Shown here in pieces: positions 49,431 to 62,430 of a stretch of 64,000 bases of DNA (its first letter is position 1; every line of letters starts with the position of its first letter). The translations under genes and the position numbers were made by a program. The stretch is taken from positions 14,934,699-14,998,698 of the forward strand of contig OZ316894.1 in assembly GCA_973895155.1 (NCBI GenBank), in the 5' to 3' direction. The notes beneath the pieces are model-generated. The model saw only the letters and a program-made list of their open reading frames with translations. It had not been told where the DNA came from and searched no databases. Source of the DNA: Marsupella aquatica. Its lineage: Eukaryota > Plantae > Marchantiophyta.

Positions 49431-51530
49431 GTAATGGTAATGGTAATGGTAATGTATTATAAGCTCCGGGACCATGAAAGTCAAAGGAGCTGCCACAAAA
49501 AGTAAAGTACAATGCAATCAAAGAAAAGAGCAACCAAAAGAGATTGCTCAGAAGAGGACAACTATGTCCTCAAAGAAACTATGGACCTAGAGAGCCCTGA
49601 AAGATTTTCCAACCTATTCTCCTTTCCCTATCCACCGCAAAGATATATCTTCCAAGTTGCTGAGGGGGCAGACCAAACAATGCATACAAATCTTTCACCA
49701 AGATTTGAAATGCCATCCTAACCCCCTCATAAAACTTGCAAGCAATGAATACATGATATTCATTCTCTATACTAGAGCTATCACATAGTTGACAAACCCT
49801 CTTTTTCCTGTCAATATCCTTCCATCTCCCTTGTTCTACTTCAAGGTGGTGTGAGCTTAGTCTATACTGAGCAATAAGTTGTCTAAGTTGTACTGAGATA
49901 GTGCTAGATAAGTATTCTTGTTCTCGATATTTCTTCATGGGGTTCACATCTCTCATGTAGTATTGCTACCGTGGGCTAGGTTCATGCCAAAGTTTGTGCA
50001 AAGCCTTTTGCTCAAGTTTTGCTCTTAGTTTGGTTGGGTGTGTTGGCCATTCATGTTCAGGAAAATCCCAAGCATGGGCCCACCTGCACACATCTGCATA
50101 CCACCCTTTAGCTGAAGATGAGCGCAGGCATGAAAAGGAAATCTGGTTTCCTCCAACTCTCTTACACGCATGATGTATTTGAGTGTGTGGAAGAGTGCCT
50201 CCACCTCCAAAGGAAACAAGCCTGCCTCTGCAAGTGTAAGTGCATATGGGGTTTGTGACTTGATCCCAAGCTCCATCTCAAGAAATAGCTTTTTCAGCCC
50301 CTCAATCTGTTGCCACCCAGATTTAGACACACCTGCTCCCCAAATTGGTGCTCCATAAAGAATGACTGGTTTCACCAAAGCTCCAAAGAGATGTTTCCTT
50401 AACCTCCAAGTGTGTAGACCAGCTCTTTTGCATTTGTTCATGAATGCATAAAAAGCTCTGTACCCATTGGCAGCCCTAGATTTTACACATGAGGCCCAAC
50501 TCAAGTTTTGAGAGAACTCCACCCCAAGGTATTTGTAGGTCCTCACAAATTCCACCAGATTCCCTTGGAAGTAGAGCTCTGGATTTTGTCGTGTGCCAAT
50601 GCCCAAACACTTGGTCTTCTTGAGGTTGACTACCATCCCTGTTGCTTGACAAAACTCCTCCAAGGCATTGAGATGTCTTTGCAAAGCTTCTTGAGCATGA
50701 GCAAGTAGGACCACATCATCTGCAAATATAAGAAGTTGGAGGACAAACCTACCCAATTGAGTGCCAACTCCACCATGCTCCTCCAAAATGTTGTGTAGCT
50801 GATCAATGAAGATGCCAAAGAGAGTTGGTGAGAGAGGACAACCTTGGATCACCCCAAGAGTGCTCCAGATTTCTTCAGAGGTTTCCTTTGAAAGTTTGAT
50901 GCGCACTTCTTGGTACAATTTAGAAACAGCCAACCTGAGCTCTTCAGGCACTTCCAACTCCACCATCCTATCCCAAAGCTTGGATCGGGAAACTTTGTCA
51001 AAGGCCTTGGAGAAGTCCACAAACAAGCAAAATAATGGTTTATGTGGAGATTTGGCCTTTTCACACAACACCCTCAAGCAGAGAATGTGATCCATAGTGC
51101 TGAATTCTCTCCTAAAACCTGCTTGTGAAGGTGCCCTTTTCATCTCACTCTCCAACCAAGAGCTTAATCTGGCTTCAAGTAGTCCTCCCAAAACTTTAGC
51201 AAAAGTATTGCCTACCATGATGGTTCTGTAGTTGTGCACACCTGCCTTGAAGATAGGCACCACTCTTCTGGTCATCCAAGCTTTAGGTAAACCTAAAGCC
51301 ATTGCTTGATTCAGCTCATGCACCAAGTTTGTTAGTAAAGAGGGTCCTCCCCACAAAAGAAGCTCCAAGTTCAGGCCCAACAGATCTTTAGCTTTCCCAT
51401 GTTGCATGTGGGAAAGATGCACCTTCACCTCCCTCTCTGTAAACTGAATGGTGTCCCCAAGGGGCAAAGGCATGCCACTAGCATCTGGAAAGAAATACAA
51501 GGATGTGACATAGGTTACCAGGTCCTGGTG
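49431..51530 (-). mobile_element. RTEX-like LINE RT and zinc finger, unit 1 (pseudogenised)
   Basis: NYRTI, QAGFR, FVDFSKAFD, GVIQGCPLSPTLF, FADD, YKYLG. Relative to the + copy there is a 1-bp deletion after FPFHA and a CAG>TAG change. Confidence 0.93.
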
Positions 51531-52304
51531 ATTCTCCTTGGCCATAAGTTCATCCTCCAAGCGGGTTACAAGCCGTGGATGGTGATCCAACATGAAGAAG
51601 GCCGGTTGGAAGTAATGTGCAACCTGTTGCCCGATGTACGTTGCTAAGTCCCCGAATAGGTCCTGACTAAATTTCTAGACCAAATCGTGGGCCAAGGTCT
51701 CGGAAACTACTTGGTAGTCCTCCATTCTCTCCTCGGGCAAGGGTGCATCCACAGTCGGGGTGGCCACATCCTTTGTAGTCTGCACCAAGGAGGGAATGGG
51801 TTCCTTAGGTGGTGGTGGAATTGGGGGTGGCTGTGCCGAGGGCAGCGGGGGTTCAGGTGGTGGTGGAGATGGCCCATTGTTCACAATGGTGCTGAACAGA
51901 GTAGAGGGCGGGGGAGTAGGTTGCAACGTAGGGGGTTGGGGTTTACCCGAGCGGTGGTGGTTGGGGTAATGGTAATGGTAATGGTAATGTATTATAAGCT
52001 CCGGGACCATGAAAGTCAAAGGAGCTGCCACAAAAAGTAAAGTACAATGCAATCATTACCATTACCATTACCATTCAAAGAAAAGAGCAACCAAAAGAGA
52101 TTGCTCAGAAGAGGACAACTATGTCCTCAAAGAAACTATGGACCTAGAGAGCCCTAAAAGATTTTCCAACCTATTCTCCTTTCCCTATCCACCGCAAAGA
52201 TATATCTTCCAAGTTGCTGAGGGGGCAGACCAAACAATGCATACAAATCTTTCACCAAGATTTGAGATGCCATCCTAACCCCCTCATAAAACTTGCAAGC
52301 AATG

Positions 52305-54404
52305 GTAATGGTAATGGTAATGGTAATGTATTATAAGCTCCGGGACCATGAAAGTCAAAGGAGCTGCCACAAAAAGTAAAGTACAATGCAATCAAAGAAA
52401 AGAGCAACCAAAAGAGATTGCTCAGAAGAGGACAACTATGTCCTCAAAGAAACTATGGACCTAGAGAGCCCTGAAAGATTTTCCAACCTATTCTCCTTTC
52501 CCTATCCACCGCAAAGATATATCTTCCAAGTTGCTGAGGGGGCAGACCAAACAATGCATACAAATCTTTCACCAAGATTTGAAATGCCATCCTAACCCCC
52601 TCATAAAACTTGCAAGCAATGAATACATGATATTCATTCTCTATACTAGAGCTATCACATAGTTGACAAACCCTCTTTTTCCTGTCAATATCCTTCCATC
52701 TCCCTTGTTCTACTTCAAGGTGGTGTGAGCTTAGTCTATACTGAGCAATAAGTTGTCTAAGTTGTACTGAGATAGTGCTAGATAAGTATTCTTGTTCTCG
52801 ATATTTCTTCATGGGGTTCACATCTCTCATGTAGTATTGCTACCGTGGGCTAGGTTCATGCCAAAGTTTGTGCAAAGCCTTTTGCTCAAGTTTTGCTCTT
52901 AGTTTGGTTGGGTGTGTTGGCCATTCATGTTCAGGAAAATCCCAAGCATGGGCCCACCTGCACACATCTGCATACCACCCTTTAGCTGAAGATGAGCGCA
53001 GGCATGAAAAGGAAATCTGGTTTCCTCCAACTCTCTTACACGCATGATGTATTTGAGTGTGTGGAAGAGTGCCTCCACCTCCAAAGGAAACAAGCCTGCC
53101 TCTGCAAGTGTAAGTGCATATGGGGTTTGTGACTTGATCCCAAGCTCCATCTCAAGAAATAGCTTTTTCAGCCCCTCAATCTGTTGCCACCCAGATTTAG
53201 ACACACCTGCTCCCCAAATTGGTGCTCCATAAAGAATGACTGGTTTCACCAAAGCTCCAAAGAGATGTTTCCTTAACCTCCAAGTGTGTAGACCAGCTCT
53301 TTTGCATTTGTTCATGAATGCATAAAAAGCTCTGTACCCATTGGCAGCCCTAGATTTTACACATGAGGCCCAACTCAAGTTTTGAGAGAACTCCACCCCA
53401 AGGTATTTGTAGGTCCTCACAAATTCCACCAGATTCCCTTGGAAGTAGAGCTCTGGATTTTGTCGTGTGCCAATGCCCAAACACTTGGTCTTCTTGAGGT
53501 TGACTACCATCCCTGTTGCTTGACAAAACTCCTCCAAGGCATTGAGATGTCTTTGCAAAGCTTCTTGAGCATGAGCAAGTAGGACCACATCATCTGCAAA
53601 TATAAGAAGTTGGAGGACAAACCTACCCAATTGAGTGCCAACTCCACCATGCTCCTCCAAAATGTTGTGTAGCTGATCAATGAAGATGCCAAAGAGAGTT
53701 GGTGAGAGAGGACAACCTTGGATCACCCCAAGAGTGCTCCAGATTTCTTCAGAGGTTTCCTTTGAAAGTTTGATGCGCACTTCTTGGTACAATTTAGAAA
53801 CAGCCAACCTGAGCTCTTCAGGCACTTCCAACTCCACCATCCTATCCCAAAGCTTGGATCGGGAAACTTTGTCAAAGGCCTTGGAGAAGTCCACAAACAA
53901 GCAAAATAATGGTTTATGTGGAGATTTGGCCTTTTCACACAACACCCTCAAGCAGAGAATGTGATCCATAGTGCTGAATTCTCTCCTAAAACCTGCTTGT
54001 GAAGGTGCCCTTTTCATCTCACTCTCCAACCAAGAGCTTAATCTGGCTTCAAGTAGTCCTCCCAAAACTTTAGCAAAAGTATTGCCTACCATGATGGTTC
54101 TGTAGTTGTGCACACCTGCCTTGAAGATAGGCACCACTCTTCTGGTCATCCAAGCTTTAGGTAAACCTAAAGCCATTGCTTGATTCAGCTCATGCACCAA
54201 GTTTGTTAGTAAAGAGGGTCCTCCCCACAAAAGAAGCTCCAAGTTCAGGCCCAACAGATCTTTAGCTTTCCCATGTTGCATGTGGGAAAGATGCACCTTC
54301 ACCTCCCTCTCTGTAAACTGAATGGTGTCCCCAAGGGGCAAAGGCATGCCACTAGCATCTGGAAAGAAATACAAGGATGTGACATAGGTTACCAGGTCCT
54401 GGTG
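52305..54404 (-). mobile_element. RTEX-like LINE RT and zinc finger, unit 2
   Basis: Translation identical to unit 1. Confidence 0.93.
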
Positions 54405-55178
54405 ATTCTCCTTGGCCATAAGTTCATCCTCCAAGCGGGTTACAAGCCGTGGATGGTGATCCAACATGAAGAAGGCCGGTTGGAAGTAATGTGCAACCTG
54501 TTGCCCGATGTACGTTGCTAAGTCCCCGAATAGGTCCTGACTAAATTTCTAGACCAAATCGTGGGCCAAGGTCTCGGAAACTACTTGGTAGTCCTCCATT
54601 CTCTCCTCGGGCAAGGGTGCATCCACAGTCGGGGTGGCCACATCCTTTGTAGTCTGCACCAAGGAGGGAATGGGTTCCTTAGGTGGTGGTGGAATTGGGG
54701 GTGGCTGTGCCGAGGGCAGCGGGGGTTCAGGTGGTGGTGGAGATGGCCCATTGTTCACAATGGTGCTGAACAGAGTAGAGGGCGGGGGAGTAGGTTGCAA
54801 CGTAGGGGGTTGGGGTTTACCCGAGCGGTGGTGGTTGGGGTAATGGTAATGGTAATGGTAATGTATTATAAGCTCCGGGACCATGAAAGTCAAAGGAGCT
54901 GCCACAAAAAGTAAAGTACAATGCAATCATTACCATTACCATTACCATTCAAAGAAAAGAGCAACCAAAAGAGATTGCTCAGAAGAGGACAACTATGTCC
55001 TCAAAGAAACTATGGACCTAGAGAGCCCTAAAAGATTTTCCAACCTATTCTCCTTTCCCTATCCACCGCAAAGATATATCTTCCAAGTTGCTGAGGGGGC
55101 AGACCAAACAATGCATACAAATCTTTCACCAAGATTTGAGATGCCATCCTAACCCCCTCATAAAACTTGCAAGCAATG

Positions 55179-57426
55179 GTAATGGTAATGGTAATGGTAA
55201 TGGTAATGTATTATAAGCTCCGGGACCATGAAAGTCAAAGGAGCTGCCACAAAAAGTAAAGTACAATGCAATCAAAGAAAAGAGCAACCAAAAGAGATTG
55301 CTCAGAAGAGGACAACTATGTCCTCAAAGAAACTATGGACCTAGAGAGCCCTGAAAGATTTTCCAACCTATTCTCCTTTCCCTATCCACCGCAAAGATAT
55401 ATCTTCCAAGTTGCTGAGGGGGCAGACCAAACAATGCATACAAATCTTTCACCAAGATTTGAAATGCCATCCTAACCCCCTCATAAAACTTGCAAGCAAT
55501 GAATACATGATATTCATTCTCTATACTAGAGCTATCACATAGTTGACAAACCCTCTTTTTCCTGTCAATATCCTTCCATCTCCCTTGTTCTACTTCAAGG
55601 TGGTGTGAGCTTAGTCTATACTGAGCAATAAGTTGTCTAAGTTGTACTGAGATAGTGCTAGATAAGTATTCTTGTTCTCGATATTTCTTCATGGGGTTCA
55701 CATCTCTCATGTAGTATTGCTACCGTGGGCTAGGTTCATGCCAAAGTTTGTGCAAAGCCTTTTGCTCAAGTTTTGCTCTTAGTTTGGTTGGGTGTGTTGG
55801 CCATTCATGTTCAGGAAAATCCCAAGCATGGGCCCACCTGCACACATCTGCATACCACCCTTTAGCTGAAGATGAGCGCAGGCATGAAAAGGAAATCTGG
55901 TTTCCTCCAACTCTCTTACACGCATGATGTATTTGAGTGTGTGGAAGAGTGCCTCCACCTCCAAAGGAAACAAGCCTGCCTCTGCAAGTGTAAGTGCATA
56001 TGGGGTTTGTGACTTGATCCCAAGCTCCATCTCAAGAAATAGCTTTTTCAGCCCCTCAATCTGTTGCCACCCAGATTTAGACACACCTGCTCCCCAAATT
56101 GGTGCTCCATAAAGAATGACTGGTTTCACCAAAGCTCCAAAGAGATGTTTCCTTAACCTCCAAGTGTGTAGACCAGCTCTTTTGCATTTGTTCATGAATG
56201 CATAAAAAGCTCTGTACCCATTGGCAGCCCTAGATTTTACACATGAGGCCCAACTCAAGTTTTGAGAGAACTCCACCCCAAGGTATTTGTAGGTCCTCAC
56301 AAATTCCACCAGATTCCCTTGGAAGTAGAGCTCTGGATTTTGTCGTGTGCCAATGCCCAAACACTTGGTCTTCTTGAGGTTGACTACCATCCCTGTTGCT
56401 TGACAAAACTCCTCCAAGGCATTGAGATGTCTTTGCAAAGCTTCTTGAGCATGAGCAAGTAGGACCACATCATCTGCAAATATAAGAAGTTGGAGGACAA
56501 ACCTACCCAATTGAGTGCCAACTCCACCATGCTCCTCCAAAATGTTGTGTAGCTGATCAATGAAGATGCCAAAGAGAGTTGGTGAGAGAGGACAACCTTG
56601 GATCACCCCAAGAGTGCTCCAGATTTCTTCAGAGGTTTCCTTTGAAAGTTTGATGCGCACTTCTTGGTACAATTTAGAAACAGCCAACCTGAGCTCTTCA
56701 GGCACTTCCAACTCCACCATCCTATCCCAAAGCTTGGATCGGGAAACTTTGTCAAAGGCCTTGGAGAAGTCCACAAACAAGCAAAATAATGGTTTATGTG
56801 GAGATTTGGCCTTTTCACACAACACCCTCAAGCAGAGAATGTGATCCATAGTGCTGAATTCTCTCCTAAAACCTGCTTGTGAAGGTGCCCTTTTCATCTC
56901 ACTCTCCAACCAAGAGCTTAATCTGGCTTCAAGTAGTCCTCCCAAAACTTTAGCAAAAGTATTGCCTACCATGATGGTTCTGTAGTTGTGCACACCTGCC
57001 TTGAAGATAGGCACCACTCTTCTGGTCATCCAAGCTTTAGGTAAACCTAAAGCCATTGCTTGATTCAGCTCATGCACCAAGTTTGTTAGTAAAGAGGGTC
57101 CTCCCCACAAAAGAAGCTCCAAGTTCAGGCCCAACAGATCTTTAGCTTTCCCATGTTGCATGTGGGAAAGATGCACCTTCACCTCCCTCTCTGTAAACTG
57201 AATGGTGTCCCCAAGGGGCAAAGGCATGCCACTAGCATCTGGAAAGAAATACAAGGATGTGACATAGGTTACCAGGTCCTGGTGATCCAAGGGGGGAGTA
57301 GTCTTGCCTGATTGCATTCTCTCCCAAAAACGTTTTGGATGTTTGATGAACTCCTCACATAGTGATTGTTGATGACTCTTCAAGAAGCACCTCTTCTTGT
57401 GTTTGATGAAGTTCTTGCCATAGTGA
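55179..57426 (-). mobile_element. RTEX-like LINE, unit 3, 5'-truncated upstream of RT (no endonuclease)
   Basis: Same RT, extending to the KHKKRCF...HPKRFWERM linker and then abutting an inverted (CATTAC)n. Confidence 0.93.
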
Positions 57427-57845
57427 ATTACCATTACCATTACCATAAGAACTTTACCCTCTTTTGAACTGTTTCCTTCACAAGGGGTTTGCAAACCCTC
57501 AAAATGTGACGGACCTCCTCGAACATGCTTAGTAGTACGAAACGAAAGAATATCATTACTTTGTTCCTTCTCCCTCGCCACATGAAATTTGTTATGTACA
57601 TGCAGAGGGGTGAATTAACAACCAGAGTATCGAGTGGAGTGTCATTAGCGCCTTGTGCCACGTTAGCACGTTCCAGGAGGAAAAGGTACTCACTGATTAC
57701 CGGAAATTGAATTGATGGACCTCCACTTTTGCCAGAAGTCTAAGATAGATTTTTGCCCAGGCCATCCTCACTTAAGCCAAAAGTCATTGATGGTTTCATT
57801 CACATCAAAATCTCTTGGTTTGTTGTAGAACCCTATCTCGTTCCT

Positions 57846-57978
57846 TAGCATCACAATTGCTACCAATAGAGCCACTACACAAATATTTCAACATTCTCTC
57901 GTCCTTATGAATAGCATCACAATTGCTACCAATAGAGCCACTACACAAATATTCCAACATTCTCTCGTCCTTATGAAT
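57846..57978. repeat. 66-bp tandem duplication
   Basis: TAGCATCACAATTGCTACC...CTCGTCCTTATGAA at 57846 and 57912. Confidence 0.9.
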
Positions 57979-58737
57979 ATCTTGCTGTCCAAAACCTACA
58001 TCACCAACATCCATTGATATTTGAAGACTTGTCATCTACTCCATCTAGCAGCCCAGGAATAAGAATTGGAGTATCATGTAGTTTGAAACAGTTAGGATCA
58101 TTTGTGGTGCTCTTTGATATAAGATCATTCCCTCACACACTTGCTCACACAAAGTTGTTCACTTATGGTCAAAATAACAGGAAATTTGTGTGAGTGGTGT
58201 CACCGCAAGAAATTGTTTAAAAAAAGTGGATGAGGGTGAAATTGTATCCTCCTCATGATGCAGGTCTTTGGAGTTGTTAAGGATCCCCGGCCTGGATTTG
58301 ACAATAATATATTTCCTAATCCAATGGACCCAACAACCTCATGTGCATGCTATGCTACAAAAATGGTTCACTTACACACCAAGATCAGATTCTCATGATT
58401 GTTCATTTCACCCACGCAATCTCCTTCCTCACACATCTATTAAAAGATGTTGAAATCATGTCAGGTCCTTGGCAAAAATGTGTAATGACATCTTATACAT
58501 ATACTGTGATCAGGGTTGTCTCCTGACTTTTCAGACAAATACGTGCAATAAACTAGGTGGAGACTATAGCATAGAGACTAAACCTTTCTTAGATTTGGGA
58601 ACACAAGAGGTTCTAATTTTAGAATGCGAGACAAGATTTCATGATTCTCAATACTTCAAAGGAAGGACTGAGAACCTGTCTATCAATTAAAATCTTGTTG
58701 TTGGTACACACCAACTTTGATGTGTTTCTTCCTTGGA

Positions 58738-59560
58738 ATTTTTTTCTTTTATAATTAACCTTGAAAAACCCACGGCGGGGGAGCAAACAACACAAAAACA
58801 ACCAAAAGGGACAACTCCCGGAGGAGGCCAGCAAGGCAGCCCCAGATCAGGGCATGCCCAAACACAATACACCACAATGGTCAAGGGACCAATCTGCCGC
58901 CAACAAGGCAAAGTCAAGGGGCCCGCATCCTTAAACGACCTAAGGGCCTACAGCCAGAACATAGGGGCTAGCCCCATAAGCAAATAATAGAGCAGCCCCA
59001 AGTGAGACCAGCCCAGGTCCCCCAGAGCCGCAGCTCCAAATCAGAGAGCCTAACACACACCCAAGCACAATCAGCCAAATATCACATTCCATCCCTACGA
59101 GTCAACCAATGTCTCCATTCCAGTTCAATTACTTCTTTGGCCCTTAGAAGCCGGATGTGTTTCCTCCCTGTTGGGAACTGTAGGGAAGCCCCATGCAAGT
59201 GCAATACTGTCTCAGAGGGAACTAATCATACGTCAAAGGATCTGCGTCCATGTTCCAACAACTATGTGTTTCATCCCAGCCAAATCATCCACAGTATTTG
59301 AAACAGCAAGAAGAGACGAGCAACCTGCAAGTGGCTGCGGCCAAATGAGGCCTCCACACAGTCCAAAGGCCCTGCCCAGGTACAAACAGAACTCCCAAGC
59401 AGCAATTGCAGCACATTCGCCAACACTCCACAACATGTACATAGTGCACAAAGAGATGAGGAATGCTTTCTAGAATACCAAGGGAGAGACGGAAAATCCC
59501 ATTACTAGCACCAATAGTAAGGGCCCTTGCTCCCGTAAACAGGCCACGAGCAATGATATG
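58738..59560 (-). mobile_element. Degenerate L1-type LINE 3' end
   Basis: zf-RVT-like RGLFTGARAL...ESIPHLFVH and ILWMIWLG*N; A-rich tail at ~58738-58752. Cut by the LTR start at 59561. Confidence 0.6.
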
Positions 59561-60005
59561 TGTGACACCGCCAGCATGGCTGTAATCAGTAATTATACGG
59601 CTTAATCCATATTTAGCATGTACAAAGTAGACGTAGGAATCCAAAGTTATTAGCATAACAACACTAAATTAGTTATGTCATGACCATACGTAGCGTGCTA
59701 GACTATGTAGTGTGCTAGCGGAGTCCATACCTTAGATGGGCCGTAATGCCTAGTTAGGAGTCTGGTTCCATGGTAGAGGGTTAGAGGGGGTGCCCTGTTG
59801 AGGGTGACTCTTCTAGTAGGACCCGCCCTTAGGGTTGGAGGGTATAGTGTGGAGAGGCTCAAAGGACGGTTAGTTCTTTGAGTTGAGCCTTTGGCGTTGG
59901 GAGAGCCTTGGTAGTGAGTGGAGCTCCTTGGCTATGGTGTCCTGTTAGCTTCGACCTAGATTCTCCATTGTGGAGTGGGTTTGGCTTCACTGTGTGTGTT
60001 GTGAT
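59561..60005 (+). mobile_element. LTR fragment F related to the B/E family, no ORF seen (right end approximate)
   Basis: TGTGACACCGCCAGCATGGCTGTAATCAGT...TTATTAGCATAAC matches the starts of B and E. Confidence 0.65.
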
Positions 60006-60289
60006 GTCATTCTCTCATAAAAATATCTCGGATTGAAAACATTGGGAAGTCTTCCAAATGGATTAGGGAGGTTGAACCAGCCTCAATGTTTCCGACTAAA
60101 ATTTAGAACACAATGATTTCTAGTTAAGCTTCCTTAATTGTCTCAAAGTTGCATTGGATGTCTCTAAAGTAGGATTATAAACATTTAAACAGTAAAAACT
60201 TCAAGACTTTTCTTCTTTTCTCTCTTTAAGAAATAAGTACCATCTCACAATTATACCCTTGCTTCAACGCCATCCATTCCATGAAATAT

Positions 60290-60680
60290 ATTTGGTTTAA
60301 TACCCTTATTGCCTTAGTTATTGCCTTATCGCTTTTGGATACACCTTATCACCTTATCGCATTTGGATACAACTTATTTGGTTAAATACCTTGTGGAGAC
60401 GCCTTATCGCCTTTGGATACAAAGTCGAGTCAAGGGCAAAATGTCTAAATAGAGATGTCTTGATGTAAAGTTTACGCTCATTTGTCCTTATCAACTTAGT
60501 TTGCTTGCCTTCGGCCTTATCGCCTTATTGCCTTTGGAAACACCTTATTAATTTGGTACATACACCTTATTTCCTTTGGATAGACCTTCGTTATTGCTTT
60601 TGGATACACCTTATCGCATTTGGAAACAACTTATCGCCTTGTGTGGAGATGCCTTAGTTATCGCCTTTTGATACAAAGCC
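60290..60680. repeat. Degenerate ~20-bp minisatellite (CCTTATCGC.TTTGGATACA)
   Basis: The motif recurs many times within a larger ~260-bp duplication. Confidence 0.8.
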
Positions 60681-60869
60681 GAGTCAGGGGAAAAAGTATA
60701 AATAGGAGTGTCTGGTCAGAAAGTTTACGCTCATTTCTTTTCCTTCTCAACTTTGCTTGCCTCCGTATTTTTCTCGGGCCGCAACATCTCTATAGGTTTT
60801 CGTATTTGCTCGAATCCAAACCAAAAAACAGGTAAAAAATCAAGAAACTCTACCCTCCATGGCGCACTT

Positions 60870-61460
60870 CAATGTTGAATCCTGAGTGGGATACGCCGTA
60901 TCCCCCTTTACATTCAACTCTCTATTTTTTGCCCTTCTGTGCGAACACCGGACAATTGTTAATGTTGAATGCAAGATGGGATACCGCGTATCCCATCTCG
61001 CATCCAACACCCTCTTTTTAGTCTTCCATCGGAACCTCCTGGCTATTTGTTGATTTTGAATATGAAATGGGATACCGCGTATCCCATTTCGCATTCAACT
61101 CCATCTTTTTGGTCTTTTATTGCAGACTACTAGAAATTCTTGATGTTAGATGCCAGAACGGATACCGCGTATCCTATTTCGTATTGAACTCCTCTTTTTG
61201 GTCAATCGTGGCAAACTACTGGCAAGTGTTGAAGTTGGATGCAAAGTGGGATACCGCATATCCCATTTTGCATTCAACTCCCTCTTTTTGGTCTTTCATT
61301 GCAGACTACTAGAAATTCTTGATGTTAAATGCCAGAACAGATACCGGGTATCCCATTTTGTATTGAACTCCTCTTTTTGGTCAATCGTGGTAAACTACTG
61401 GCAAGTGTTGAAGTTGGATGCAAAGTTGGATACCGCGTATCTCATCTCGCATTCAACCAT
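60870..61460. repeat. ~90-bp period array with palindromic core GGGATAC-CGC-GTATCCC
   Basis: About seven cores near 60889, 60978, 61069, 61160, 61248, 61340 and 61428, with a ~179-bp higher-order dimer. Confidence 0.9.
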
Positions 61461-61512
61461 TTCTTTTGGATGTTTTGGCTCTGGTACTAAGTGCGTCAAT
61501 CTTTGACAAGAT

Positions 61513-62425
61513 CATGTCGAACAAATCTAAGTCTTCTGGTTCGATCAAGTCCTCCCAAACTTCCATCATTGATGAAATCTGGAAAAAGGACCTTTACAAC
61601 GAGGAGAAACTCGTGAGGAATAGGTGGTACTTTTGTGATGCCCGGGCGATGGATATTCACAAAGCTTATAAAGGTCCATCCATGTGGTTGATTATAGTTA
61701 AGGGTAAAGACCATTGCCATTATGGATTGGTCATTGACACTGCGGAGGTGGATATAACGGACTCCAAAACAAAATAGCAGAAGAAGGTTCCAATGTACCT
61801 CTGCATTGGTCCAAACAATGCCTTCACGGTGGTTGTCCTCAACTACAAGAAACTTGATCGGGTGTCGATGAACACATTCCCGGGCAACTCAATCATGAAG
61901 CTTATTTTGGAGGTGCCGGAGGTTGAGGACTTTTTGTATTGGTGTCTGAAATTTGTCTTCAAGTCTTGGAGGTTTGTTGAAGATTTTACCAAGGTTGCTT
62001 ACCGGTCCGTGGTTGGAGCCGACTTTGGCGTCAAAGATTGTCCTCTGAAGCTGAAGGTGACAAAGCCCACCGACCCGGCTTCAAAGTCAGGGGAGACTTC
62101 TGGAACTCCCTTGACAAAACAGAAATCTGCCCCCGTCTCTTTTAAGGAACCGGCAAAGAGGAAGCTTGTAGATCAACTCTCTGGGCAAGGTTTGAAAGCA
62201 GTGGTCTCAGAAGATGCTGCTGGAAAGAAGAAACTGGATCAACGGGAGATCCAGAAGCGCGCACCATCTGCACCCGAAAGTGTTCTCATCTTTGGTCCCA
62301 CCAAATTTAGAGAGACCGTCTCAGATTCTTGTAAATTCTTTCGGTGGGCCTTCTCTATCATCGAAGGGTGCAGTTCAAGAAAAGAAAAAAGATTCAACAG
62401 ACATCACTACCGCTTTGCAGCATGA
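61513..62425 (+). pseudogene. Unidentified intronless ORF, probably transposon-borne; one internal stop; cut by LTR E
   Basis: ORFs 61418-61777 and 61793-62425 share a frame (MSNKSKSSG...TK*QKKVPMYLCIGP...). TATAAATAGG lies upstream at ~60697. No family recognised. Confidence 0.5.
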
Positions 62426-62430
62426 AGAGA

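Larger units (their letters stand above)
48657..57284. repeat. Tandem triplication of a 2874/2874/2880-bp unit (LTR-ORF fragment, short LINE 3' end, long LINE)
   Basis: Units 48657-51530, 51531-54404 and 54405-57284. The ORF track repeats at +2874 and +2880. Differences seen by eye: one SNP (CCCAATG/CCCGATG) and one extra GTAATG. Confidence 0.97.

Noticed and set aside
55779-57581. 600-aa ORF as a full LINE ORF2
   Set aside because: The N-terminal ~52 aa come from flanking DNA and the inverted tail (VMVMV) with a GTG start. There is no endonuclease, and the C-terminus is frameshifted.
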